The notes below the pieces were generated by a model. It did not search any database, was not told where the DNA came from, and was given only the letters and a program-made list of their open reading frames with translations. DNA of 64,000 bases from Podarcis pityusensis (Eukaryota). Below, one piece after another: positions 39,236 through 51,815 of this stretch (position 1 is the stretch's first letter; every line of letters starts with the position of its first letter). The DNA is taken from assembly GCA_964106645.2 (NCBI GenBank), contig OZ067043.1, one strand, 5' to 3'. A program made the translations under genes and the position numbers.

Positions 39236-40427
39236 TATTGCTATGCTAAGGTGCCATGCAAAGAGCTTAGGCAAGGATCAGCGACTCTACAATCACTACA
39301 TCCAGCATGACAACATAAGGAGGACTACATATTTAGTTTATCTGCACATGGTTTATACTCTCACTGAAATAAAACCAGAAGGCATAATTTAAATACTAAT
39401 TTAAATGGGGGTCTTTGTGGTCGGTGTGTGTGTTAAAAAAAAAATCATTCGTCAATAAGTCAGGTATGTTGACCCCAAGGTTTCCTGGAATGCTGCCATG
39501 AATATAAGAGTGACATCATGTCTGTTCACTTGTCTCCTGTTGATAAATTAGCCAAACCACATAGGTAAGAGGAGCTTTTTTCTGAATTAGGACAGCAGCA
39601 GTTTGATCATCCTATATGTTTGTTCAGTCGACTGCTTGAGTGACCAAATTCTATTTGTAGTCATTGTGACAACGAAAGCTATGTCGGTTTAGGTGACATC
39701 TGCGTCAGTGGATTCCCTCCCCCCTTCCTGACTGGAACTTATATGGCCTGGGACAGAAACTAACTCATAGGATATGAGGTCAGCAGAATCCTCTGGAAAT
39801 TTCCCCACAAATATGTGGACCTCCATGTTCAGTGAGATGTATGCTTCTGCATTCCAGTTCCTGGAAATGAGGGACCAGATATGAGGTAGCTAACCTTTTT
39901 TGAGCCAAGAGCCACATTGTCCCATAGACTATGTCTGTAAATTACCTTGAGACGTACATGTAAAAGCACTTTCCCAGCTTTGGGAAGGAGCGGGGGAGGG
40001 GTTCCCAGGACCCTGCCAGCGCCCCGTGCTTCCTTCCTAAAGCCCAGCGCCACACTTAGCCAGCTTTGGGAAGGCAACATGAGGGCTGGTGTGTGTGTGT
40101 GTGTTCACTTTTGGTCTTGTTCCCCACACAGCCTCCACGAGGCAGTGTGTGGCCCACGAGTTCCCTGTTGAAGTACCCTTGCAAGCTACTTGGCATGAAA
40201 AGTTGGACCGCTCTGTTCCACATGGACCTCCATTGATCATCATCCCAGGCTGTACTGATGTGGAAGCAGGAGACTAGTTCTCTGCCAGTTTTGACGCAGT
40301 TAAGGTATCCCACAAAATATGAATGAATGTATTTCTCAATCTTGAAAGAGCTTTATTGGTTCCCACTTTCTTTTCAGGCACAATTCGCGATGCTGGCTCT
40401 TACCTTTAACATACTAAATGGCATTAG

Positions 40428-40800
40428 TAAAAGGTAAAGGTAAATGACCCCTGGACAGTTAAGTCCAGTCAAAGGCAACTATGGGGTTGTGGCACTCATC
40501 TCGTTTTTCAGACCGAGGGAGCCATTGTTGTCCGCAGACAGCTTTCCAGGTCACGTGGCCAGCATGACGAAACCACTTCTGGCGCAACAGAAGCCAGAGC
40601 GCACGGAAATGCCATTTACCTTCCCGCCACAGTGGTATCTATTGTATCTACTTGCACTGCCATACTTCCGAACTGCTAGGTTGGCAGGAGCTGGGACAGA
40701 GCAACAGGAGCTCACCCCATCTCATGGATTCAAACCGCCAACCTTCTGATTGGCAAGCCCAAGAGGCTCAGTGGTTTAGACCACAGTGCCACCTGCTCCC
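40428..40800 (-). mobile_element. Sauria SINE (different subfamily) nested in a decayed L2 fragment
   Basis: GGTAAAGGTAAATGACCCCTGGACAGTTAAGTCCAGTC...; AAATGGCA on both flanks. Confidence 0.8.
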
Positions 40801-43800
40801 AATAAAATGGCACTGGACCAAGGACTTGACCACCAATTAATACTGGCAGTTGAGGCCCTTCTCTGAGTTCTCCCACGTCACAAGTTAGGCAGGTGTTACC
40901 AGAAAGAGTACCTAGTTTTTAATCTCCTTTCCTAGAGAAGTTCACCTGGAGCCTTTCACTGGGCACCAAACCAAAACCATCCCATTTTCCTGAATTTATA
41001 GTTGACATCATAGCTTTTAAGGCATTTTTTTCTATTGTTCTATTTTTTAGTTGCTGTTTTTAGTACAGTTATGTATTGCTTTTATAATCTATCCAGTGGA
41101 TTCTATGAATACGAAGGGAGGATAAAGGGGGGACGTCTATATAAATAACATTGACACAAGTGATAATTTTATTAAAGCTAGAATTATTCACAGACTTTCA
41201 GCTTTGACTAACTTGCACATTCTTCGGATGGCGATATTAAGTCTAAAATTCACGCAGACCTCTTTCCGCACAAGGGGTGCTCATTAATTCTTTGCTCTGG
41301 CTATGTGGCTTTTATTTTGCGAGCAGGCGGTCACCTAAGTTACATGGTGATATTTTGCTCTTTGAATGGATGACTGAAGCTTACCTAGCGTGCTGGATCT
41401 TTTGTTCTTTTTCACCCCATCTCTCCTATTGTTTGCCATGGCCTTGTTGTTCCGTCATGTGTAAAATTAGATTCTAAGCTCCTTGAAGAAAGGACAGCAC
41501 CTTTCTCGCTTTGTTCTCTAAATGCCTAACACGCTTTTGGGTCATATAGAAGTGGGAAAAATATTAATGTAAGCATTATATGAACTTCAGAAGATGATGA
41601 AAACATTTAGATATAAGCACACTGCAAGAAGCTTTAAGGAAAAATACAAGAAAAGGAGTACTGGAGCTGGCGACTACCTCACATATTCACGAAAGAATCT
41701 GGTATCCTGACTGCAAGCAAAATCCGTTAACAGGTTTGCGGAAGTTATGTGCAAAATGTAGAGAAGAAAAGTGTGCTTCCACTTCCATTAGCCAAACCCC
41801 AACAGTGACTTTTTGCAGAAAGTCAAATTAAAATTCAGTGTGCACTCTTCTGGCATTTTACCTTTGTTCAAAGCAATTTAGGACCAAGATACTACTTAGG
41901 CTCATGGCTGCATGTATTAATGGTTTTGAATCCCTCGCAATCATGCATATTTTCTCCAACATCAGACTGCATCATGGAATTGGTAGTCTTGCAATGCATC
42001 TGATGGCACAACAGCACTTTCCTACCCTCTCCTTCTCGCTGCACCTCCCGTGCCCTCTTAAAGAGCCATTTCTAAGGATTTGGGAGACCCTCTGGAACAG
42101 TGTGGCACAGGTAGCGGCTCTGGGAGGAGGCAATGAGTGGAAACAAGGGTGTAGCCTTGCATTAACAAACCAAAAACAAGTTCAGATCCAAGCCACTGAG
42201 TCATTCTCGAGCAAACATGATTGACTTTGGCATAAAACAGGACAAAGGGATTTGGTGAGATTGTAGGAGATAGTTTGGTGCAAAAGGGTTCGATGATCAT
42301 GAGAAGGCAACTATCACAAGAACACCTTCTGTCACAGGTAAAAGCATAACAGAAACACACATTACAGGAACATGTGGCCAGCAGCACACTTGCTGCTATA
42401 CAGGGGCACAACCTCGTGGGGGCTCAGCTATGTTTCCCTCCCAAAAAATATTTGGGGGGCGCAGGTCCTCCAATACCCCGAATGATCGGGGGAGGGGGGA
42501 GAGGAGGCTAAGTGTGGAGCCGTGGCCAGCTGCTCCTCCTCCTCCTCCTCCTGATGTGAAAGGAGGCCCCAGCTGTTCCTGAAGCTGCCACATGATGTCA
42601 CGTGCATGACGTCGCTCTCACACGCGTGACATCACGCATACACACCATATGTGCTCTGCCGGCCCCCCAATCTTCAGCCCCTCCTCTGCTGCTATATATG
42701 TTGCAGTCTTTACTGATTGCTACCAAGCCATGAAGAGGACAGCCAGTTTGTTTCCTGGCCTCTGCAGCCTAGTGGGCGTAACAAAAGTTCAACACAAAGT
42801 TACGCATACTGCAGGCTCGCTGAACTGATCTGTGATTTGATCGATATTTACTGTTTGCTATTTGTTTTAGAATCGGTTCGTTGTTTATTTATTGTGTCCG
42901 TGATTATAGTCCTCAACATATGCTGTGATATTGTTTCCGCTGCAGGATTTATTTTAACAAAGAGGGAGCTAAAAGTACCCTAGATAAAATAAGGCATAAT
43001 AATAAAAGGAAAGGACGACACATTCCATATGCTGCTTCCTTCTGCAAATAACCATGCGAAACAATTACGTCATTAACACCATGCATGGACTCAGCCATTA
43101 TTTGCCTCTACATCCTTGGCTGCTGCTCACAAATGCACTAGATTATCTCTCCACACACACCAGCCATCATCAGCCCTGGCATATCTTTCTGCATATAGAA
43201 GCTTTGCCTGTGGCAAGTATGGGGGAGATGAAAGCATGAATAACCCTTTTGCTTTTCATGTTCCCACTGTCTTTAATGAAAGGGGAACTTGAACATCTGC
43301 CACAGACAGATCACACATCTTTTTGCGGGGAAGAAGCCCGAATTCCTCCTTCGCCCATCAACCTGAAGTGCAGAAGACTAAGAGTGCTCCCGCTTCCTTT
43401 CAAACCCTCTGCATAATGCACAAAGCCACATCCCAAGGTAGCATGTTACTTGCACATTGGAGCTAAATTGAAACTAGTTCATACTGAGGCTGTAACTAAA
43501 ATTTAGCAGTTATAGCAGAACTTGTTTTGTGTTTCCTTTGCATTTATTTGGTCTCTTGATTTCGTCTCAACCGGTTCTGGTGATTTGAGTCTTGCACGCT
43601 TGTGTCCAACTTGTGTCCAATAATTTGGATATCCAAATTATTAGAAAAGTTCCCAAGGACCTAGAGCACTGAAACTTGGCACATATGTAATCCAAACCTA
43701 AAAACACTATTCTGTCAAAACAGGGGGCTCAAAAGTTCACCCCAAATGGTTAAGGTACTTCTTGACAACAAAGAAGCTGAATATTTGGCACTCAGGTTGC

Positions 43801-44019
43801 CCAAAACATGCAGATTACTCAAAAAGTCCAAAAGGGAGACAACTGCAAGGGTGTTCCTGAAAATGAGGGATAAAACTGTTCCTCCCAAATAGCTAAGACG
43901 CTTCTAGGCACTTACGAAAGTTGAAACTTGGTGTGTATATTCTTAGTAGCAGCAAGGAACAGAATGCTACTTTCATTAATGAGTAAATGTGTATAAGAAC
44001 AGGCTAGGTGCTTCAATTA

Positions 44020-44638
44020 CCGTATTTTTCGCACCATAGGACGCACCGGACAATAGGATACACCTTGTTTTAGAGGGGGGAGAACAAGAAAAAAAAATCT
44101 CCCCCTCTCTGTCCAGCGCCCCTTCAGCGAAGCAGCAGGAGGCGCTGAACAGAGAGGGGGAGAATTTTCCCCCTCGTTTTCCCGCTCTAAAACAAGGTGC
44201 CGTTTAAGGTGCGTTCAGGCGGCTACCTTGGAAGCCTGGAGAGCGAGAGGGGTAGGTGCGCACCGACCCCTCTCGCTCTCCAGGCTTCAGGTTCCTTTCG
44301 ACCTGCTCTTTGGGGCTGGCGGGGGGAAGCCCACCACCAGCCCCAAAGAGCAGGTCAGGGAGCAGTGGAAAGGTGCAGCGGAGAGGCTGCTGCCATAGTC
44401 GCGCGTCACCTCTCCAGCTGGGAGAGGGTAGCGGGGCTATGGCTTCTTTAGCCCCCCGCGCACTCTCCTGGCTTGAGAGGTGACACGCGGCTATAGAGGC
44501 TCCTGCCATAGCCACGCGTCACCTCTCCAGCCGGGAGAGGGTCGCAGGGCTATGGCGTCTTCGCTCCATAGGACGCACACACATTTCCCCTTCATTTTTG
44601 AAGGGGAAAAAGTGCGTCCTATAGAGCGAAAAATACGG
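44020..44638 (-). mobile_element. Tc2-type non-autonomous element, inverted sister of 21391-22119
   Basis: Same TIRs and body, about 110 bp shorter. Confidence 0.8.
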
Positions 44639-46812
44639 TAAGATTGTCACGCTATGCAGCAAAGAAATGCTCATATCAAATGTAATTGCTCAGTGATGTC
44701 ATCATCATCGCCCAGCTATGCTCCTTCTATCTGATTTCAGAAGAGTTTCAGAACACAGAAACACACATCAGACAGAAATTCCCATGCCAGAACTTGTGAT
44801 AAGGAAGTCAATAACCTTTCAAAAAGCTGAGTAGTCTCACCTTCTTGTTTAGCTTGCAATTGTCCCTCCAATGTTCCTCGTTGTCCAGTCATTTTACAGG
44901 TTATTAAAAGTTCACAGGTCAGTCACAATAGTCTTCTCCTGTTCAGATGAAAAACAGCATAAAGATTTCATGAGGTTTTTTTCACCGCCACACATAAATG
45001 TTTTCACCACCACATGAAAACGTTTTGTCTGTTCTGGCTCTTAGAAATCTGCCTTTATTTTTATTTGGATTCCACATTATTGGAAAAAAGTTGCACAATT
45101 TAGTACATATTTTCTTCACTTCCAATATATGGTTCAGGGCTGATTAGGGCTTGGCTTGGCCTCTGAAGTGGTTTGAAATGCCAGCACCATCCGCACTGGT
45201 TACAATAAAAAGTGAGTATTGTTGAGCAAGTACCAAGGACCTTTTCCTCACCACTAAGTAACCACAACCACATTAGGGGATGGGGCTTCTTCTAGGAAAA
45301 GCAACATAGCTTTTCCTGCTCAAGCCCCTGCACCTCTTCTATTTGAAATGAAACATTTTTCAACATCCACCTTCAGTCCTGAACCCCCAATTCTGAATAA
45401 CGCCAGGGTAACTGTTAGATTTCCACCCCCCTCTCTTTAATTCCCTGAAGAAAAATAAGCAAATGAGACAGGAAGTTCCAAAAGGCTCTGTAGGTAAGAT
45501 GAACCATGAGATCTGCAAAGATACAGCAGAAGAAGAAAGGAGAGGCACAGGAATGAAAGAACATCTTTATTCCCAAGGACTGAAAAAGCACCCAGAACCT
45601 GTTCTTAGCAGGCCTTGTTTATACAGTTGTTGCACAAGGAATGTAGACTTGTCTATTTGTTCCTGAAGAATACTGCGTTAACTTTGTGCAAACCAAGGAA
45701 GCAAAAACCTGAAACCACTTGAACATTAAACACTGAGGTCATACTTCAGTTCCGCTGTCTTCTCTATGCATTTCCATGTTTAGCTGGCCCCCTCCCCAGC
45801 TTTTCACCTCCCTTGTGAGTCACGGAACCAAGACATTTACTACTGAAGGGATGATTTAGGGCTGCAGGAACCAGTGGTCTGGCAAAGGCAGCAGGAGAGG
45901 CCCATTCGAAGGTAAGCGCAAACATTAAATGCAGAAAAGTGTAGGGCTGAGGGAAGAAACCAAAAGTGGAGAAAAGAAGAATGAAAGACATAGGAAGGAG
46001 AAACTCGAATCTGGAAACATTAAGAACACCACAAAAGGTGTTTCCATTCAGCAAAAGCTTTCCTAAGAGAACATTTAGACAGCCTTTGGACATGACTGCC
46101 ATCCACCTCCATTCTCAATATATATTTTCAGGGCATTCATGCAGAATGAAACCTTGGCCCCAATAGATGCTCCTTGGTTGAGTTACTGTCCTTAAATGAA
46201 CACAGGAAACTCAGACGAGCCAGTAGGGCACAATAGGGTCAAGTTCTGCTCTCTCCCATTGTAGCCTGTACTAGAAGTTCAAGCTTCAATTCCTGGCATG
46301 TCAAGGAAGGGGCAACTTTATCTGATAGTTTCTGAAGTCCACGTGCCATATTGCTGTGTTTATGCTGTGGTCTGTAGTCAGCTCCTGCTGCTGATGTTGT
46401 CATGTCTTTGCAAGCTACTCCAGGAAGTCAGTGCAGCACGGCAGAAACCCACAGCACACAACACTGCCTCATGAGCCCTGGCTGACCAAGAAGACCGGCT
46501 GGAATTCTGGTTTCCACCTCCAGCCAAAGCATCATAAACCAGGCATGCAACTGGTGCTAGCAAGCCAAACATTAGGATTTCCTTCCATGACGAGAATTAT
46601 GAATTATTATTTGGGGAAGAGGGGTGTGTGTGAAGGGGCAAAGTCACCTTCATGCTATAGGAGCAAAGATGTTCTGTGTTGAACTTCTGAAATCTATTTA
46701 AAGTCTGTTCCCAAGAAGTGTACAGTTAATCTGTGGACCGTCAATTGGTAGTAGATTGCAACTCCCATCATTGGTGATGCTGACTGGGGCTGATGGGGGC
46801 TAGAGTCTAGCA

Positions 46813-46948
46813 CAGGGTTTCCCAAACTTGTGTCTCCAGCTGTTTTTCGATTACAGTTCCCATTATCCCTGACCACTGGTCCTGCTAGCTAGGAATAATG
46901 GGAGTTGTAGTCCAAAAACAGCTGGAGGGCCAAGTTTGGCAAACTCTG
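46813..46948. mobile_element. hAT (Charlie-like) MITE nested in an older related MITE
   Basis: CAGGGTTTCCCAAACTTG / CAAGTTTGGCAAACTCTG; 8-bp TSD GTCTAGCA. Confidence 0.85.
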
Positions 46949-49932
46949 GTCTAGCAGGATCTGGAGGGCCACAGGTTAGTCATCCCTATACTATGGGATG
47001 GAGGAGGAGAAGAAGAGGCAAGAAGTGACTGGGCTCATGGGAGATACGTAAATGTAGGAATAGATGGGTGAAGGACTGAGGAAGAAGAAACGTTGATGGA
47101 GATCGCCCACTGCCTCAGGATAACAAGGCCTGGGATGTGGAAGAGAAGAAAAGCCACCCCTCCAACTGATTGGTTCCTACAATTGCAGATCCTGCCCCTC
47201 TCCTCTACACAATTCAGCGGAGCACTATTTGCTCCACTGATCAAAGAGAATATTGAAAGGCTGGTCCTGAATTCACCATGCATGGCCTGTGGCAGCACCT
47301 GTAGTTGCAGCTGAATCGCCTTAGGAACCACTGCTATAGAAGCCCTGGCATATGCTTACAATACACGAATGCAAGGCTTTTCCTCGGGCAGAAATGTTCA
47401 GATCAAAACAGAATGCAATTGATTGTGTTCAACATTGCCTCCTGTCTGGGAGGAATTGTATGGCTTTCATTTAGAAACAAACAGAATCATTCCAATCTTC
47501 TTTTATACTCTTTCTCTCTGTGGGACAAATCCCCTTAACGACATAACGGCAATCAGCAATCTTGAAGGAAAATATATATACATATATGCTACCCTAATGT
47601 GTCTAGAGAGAAGCAGATTCATTCTCTAAGGTACAGACTGCAGAAAAGACTGCAACAGAAAAGCATCTGAGAAATGCTCACAGGGAAATCTGAATTCAAA
47701 AGTCATTCACGTAGCTGCGGGATTCAACTCCTTAAAATTCAGCTCAGGACTGTAAAATGGCATGGATTTGCCCCTGCTTTAGAGGCTCCCAATGGGACCA
47801 TGTGATGTGTGTGGGTTTAATATCACATTTACTGGGACAGAGCCAGGGGGCAAACCAAGAGGGAAAGAAATTATGAGCTCCCTTAGGGGAAGAAAATATG
47901 TAGGAATAGGTTTGGTAAGGTGAGCTTTATCAGTTTTATCTCGTCTTTCCTTTCGCTCTCATCCCATCCTGCTGCCATGTAAAGGATTCTCCTGGAAGGG
48001 TGCCCTTAGACCTGGAGCTCCCAGGAGTTCCTTTGGTGTGAGGGATGCTTGAATGATCATTGACTAGGGTGAATACCAACCCTGCCAGGTAATATGGCCA
48101 TCAAACCTGTAGCTCCGCAAGCTGAGCCAGGGGAAACTCAGGCTCTTATCTTGACATCCTTGGGATTCACAAAAACAGGAGCCAAACAGTCCCATTCATT
48201 GTCTTTTGAGCCTCAAGCCCACACACTTATCCAGTCGCATGGAGCAGAGCATCCAGATTCAGAGCCAAGTTTACTCCAAGAAGCCACAGCAGCAAAAATG
48301 CAATGCTTCATTAAGGAGGTTATAAACCCAGGACCAAGAAAGGGCAATTGAAAAAGGGCCAGCAGTGTAGAGATAATTTTAGGAAGTCAGGTACAGAATA
48401 GAAAATAACAGAACTAGATTGCTCCCACCCTAATACTAACTAATCATTAAGATTAGCTACTGAACCAACAAGCTGTATCCAGGCACATGTGGGTTTTGCA
48501 ACTGGGGGCCATCAAACCAAAGCCAGATACCAACTTTTATTACAAAAAGGCCTGTATTTCCTGTAGCTAATCAGGACCTAGGGACATTTTTTCACAGCAC
48601 TAGAGGGTCTATGCCTCGGTGCACCATGCAGTCATTTCTGCAGTTACAGTGACCTTGACACATTCTTGCAACAGATGCTCACAGGAGACAATATGAAATG
48701 AGTTAACAGTGCTACAATTCCAAGCACCCACAACAACCCACAGTTCCCAGGATACTCCAGGGGAAATGGATGGTGCAGACATGGCAAAAGAGCATCCACA
48801 GGAAACACTGAGGGTAAAGTGCCGGGCTAGATGTGGGCAAAAGGACCCATGCGCACATAGGACTGCACCGGCTTCCGGGAATGCAGCTTTCCAGTTCTTA
48901 AGCAAATGAATGTGCAGGTAAATGTCTTAGGCTAGACTTCAGTAAAAGGCTTGGGAAGTGCTGCTCTATGGCTTGAACAGAGCCAACAAATAGATTGTGC
49001 TGGCAACCAAATGATCTAAGAGCGGTGCACCAAAGCGCCACAGAGAAAATACTGGGGCCTACTCTCGGATTCTCTGCAGTGGTGTACGGCCCTAGAAACA
49101 GGCCTTAGCACCCTCCGTAATATTGCAAGGCTTTCTCAGATGCACCTCTCAGGTTGGCCACCGCTTGGCCAGTGACCTTATCTATAGCGACGCTCCCATG
49201 CGCTTCCTCTTGGTCGCATGTGAAGCCAGTCTGGCAATTTTAGACTCTGTGCCTTTTAACTTAACCTTAAGAAAGGAAGTTAAACCACCACACTCCTACC
49301 ACCCACCTCTGGCCAGTGAGGACTGCCAAATCCAGCTAAAGTTGCCTGCATGGCTCATCTCTCCCTCTCCCCCCACCTCAAGCATCCCCTGCCAGGGATG
49401 CCAACTTGAATAAAATATTCGGGGGGGGGGGAGGCCTCAGGTAATCCACCCTCCACATTAATTGATCACATGAAGCGGCACACACACCCCATTTGAATGG
49501 CAGTGCCTGTTAACTTTGCCCCACCCTTCGAATATTTTATTGGGTGGGGTGAGTGAGGCAAAAGGACCTCGTCCTCTAGGAGTTGGTTCCTATGTCCCTT
49601 GCAGGAAGGGCCCCGAGGTACCAAGTCCTTAACCCGGTTTGCTGCTGGCTTAGCAAAGCGAGGCAGAGCGCACGCAGAGCTGCGCGGGGAGGATCTTCGA
49701 CGGCGCGGAAGGCAGGAAAAACCCCTCTCTAGGAAAGGCTCGGGACACGTGCCCAGAGATTCCCGAGTGATCCGGATCTCTGGAACGCTGCAGGGTCAAC
49801 GACCCCAAATGAGCTCGCCTTGCTAAAAGGAGAGCCGGACGCGCCTTACGCCTACCCTTTCGGCTACATCATCGTCGTCCTCCTGCGGGGTGGGGGGTGG
49901 CTAGCAGATGACGACACTCCTCAAGACTTTCA

Positions 49933-49942
49933 CCAAATATGG
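49933..49942. promoter_or_regulatory. CArG box
   Basis: CCAAATATGG, perfect consensus, in a CpG-rich segment. Confidence 0.55.
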
Positions 49943-50604
49943 ATCGGGGTTGGAAACCTCGGGAGTTTGTTTAGCTCGAGCCGGAAATCACTTTGGCAAT
50001 TATCTCCTCTCTCTCTCCATCCACCCCAAGCCCCCACCTCTGCTACGTCGGTTTCCCAAAGCAAAGGCCAGGCAGCAAGGGAAGGGATCCGACCCCACCA
50101 CCTCCGGCTGCAGAGGGCAAAGAGAGGGGGGGGGACCCCACTCTCCCTAACAGTGACGAGGCAGCTTCCCTGGCTGCCCCACTCAGCACTTTCTGCCTGA
50201 GATCCGACGAGGAGCAAATGGGAGGCGGCGCCACAACACACCTCGGCTCCTCTCTGGCCCCCACGCGCACCCTCCATCGGTTATGACAGGCGTGGGTTTT
50301 TTTTTTATTTTTTAGGGGTGGTGGGAGCCACTAGCTACTGAAACAAGTTTTCTCCCTTTCCGGTGAACAGTCACTGAGGAACGCAATCGTCGTAACCCTG
50401 GACTCAATTCCTTTTTGGACAGATGGTTACCTCATGTTGTCTTCTGATGGGGTGGGGATAGAGGGATGGAGAATTCCCTCCTGAAGGATGCACAAAAAGA
50501 CGGGTCTTTTATGCTACCCCAACCCCGTGTTTATTCCTTCTTCTTTTTTTGAGGGGGGGGGAGGTGTCTGGAGCTAGTCAGAAAATACTCCCATATTTGA
50601 CAGT

Positions 50605-50710
50605 GCCGGAAGGGACCATGAGGACCACCGAGAGTCCAACCCCCCTGCAATGTGGGGCTCGAACCCACGGCCCTCAGATTAAGAGCCTCACGCTGTACCA
50701 ACTGAGCTAC
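50605..50710 (-). mobile_element. tRNA-Lys-derived SINE, internally deleted
   Basis: GTGGGGCTCGAACCCACGGCCCTCAGATTAAGAG...ACCAACTGAGCTA. Confidence 0.7.
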
Positions 50711-51550
50711 ATGTGTAGTCCTTTAGTCAAAGGGGAGAGAGAGAGAGAAAAGAGAGAGAAACCGTATATGTGCGTGGAAACTGCTTCTGCAAGCTGGTGC
50801 TTCAACCCGCCCCCCCCCCCCGAGGACACAGGGCTCCATTATATTGGTTCTACCTCCCTGGCTGCAGAGACACCCAACCCCTTTTCCCTTGGAAAAAAAA
50901 CACCTAACAACAACAGCCACTCTGTCATTTCTGAAGTTCCCTGCAGGATTTAACAAAGCTGCTTATTATTCCTCGAACATTGCCCCCAACTTCTCACTTA
51001 GACTCACACCCGCACCCCCCACCTCCAATTAGGACCCAGGAGCAGCAACAACTTACCCTGGAAACACGCTCCCAGCCCCTCTGAAACGCCTCCCTGTGTG
51101 CGGACCCGGCGACGAGCCGTCTGGGTTTGCCCTGCTCCAAAGCAGCAGCGGGGCTGGCGAGGGGTCCGCTCCCCTCCCCTCCACGGGCCACCCTCTGTGC
51201 GTCGAATAGCGCATATAAGACACAACCCGTATGGCCATGGGAGGCGGCCAGGTCGATCACATTGCTTTCCCCCCCTTCGCATCGCCTCCAACAACTTCTC
51301 TCTCCCCCCCTACCCCCCGCCCCCCCCCCCACTGCTACATGGTCTCTCTGCTTGGGAGCAGCACGTTTCTGTGGTTGGAAATCAGACGGCGCGGACGGAA
51401 TCGATAGTTGCTTTATTAAAAGTTAAGCGCAGCAACAACACCCCCTCTCCCCCTCCCCAGGGGAATAAAATAGCCAGCAAAGGATATTTCTTCAAAGTTA
51501 TGTATTTGTCACTAACAGGCCAGCAAAGCCACAATGCAATTCCTCCTAAA

Positions 51551-51560
51551 CCATAATAGG
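51551..51560. promoter_or_regulatory. CArG box
   Basis: CCATAATAGG, perfect consensus; copy at 58349-58358. Confidence 0.55.
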
Positions 51561-51577
51561 TAGATTGCGTGAAGGAC

Positions 51578-51585
51578 GGGGGGGG

Positions 51586-51646
<61 letters not shown>

Positions 51647-51654
51647 GGGGGGGG
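51578..51654. repeat. G-tract/(GA)n/G-tract microsatellite
   Basis: Direct reading; the copy at about 58376-58448 differs in length. Confidence 0.95.
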
Positions 51655-51815
51655 TGTAGAGAGGAGAAGAAAAACACCCCACCAAGAATTCCGAAGAATT
51701 TCCTGCCCTGGGAACAAAAGTGAAGTCTATATTTAACAACATCTGAAGCTGTCAAGAATGCTTTGTGGTTGGGTAACAGTGCAGAAAAATGTGGAAAATG
51801 CGGACTACTGCTCGA

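Noticed and set aside
3740-45822. Scattered AP-1 TGA(C/G)TCA sites
   Set aside because: The number seen is about what chance predicts for a 7-mer over this length.
1-51000. DDAH1 coding exons
   Set aside because: No DDAH-like peptide (for example LPDCVFVED) in the ORF track or noticed by eye; exons under 60 codons could have been missed.
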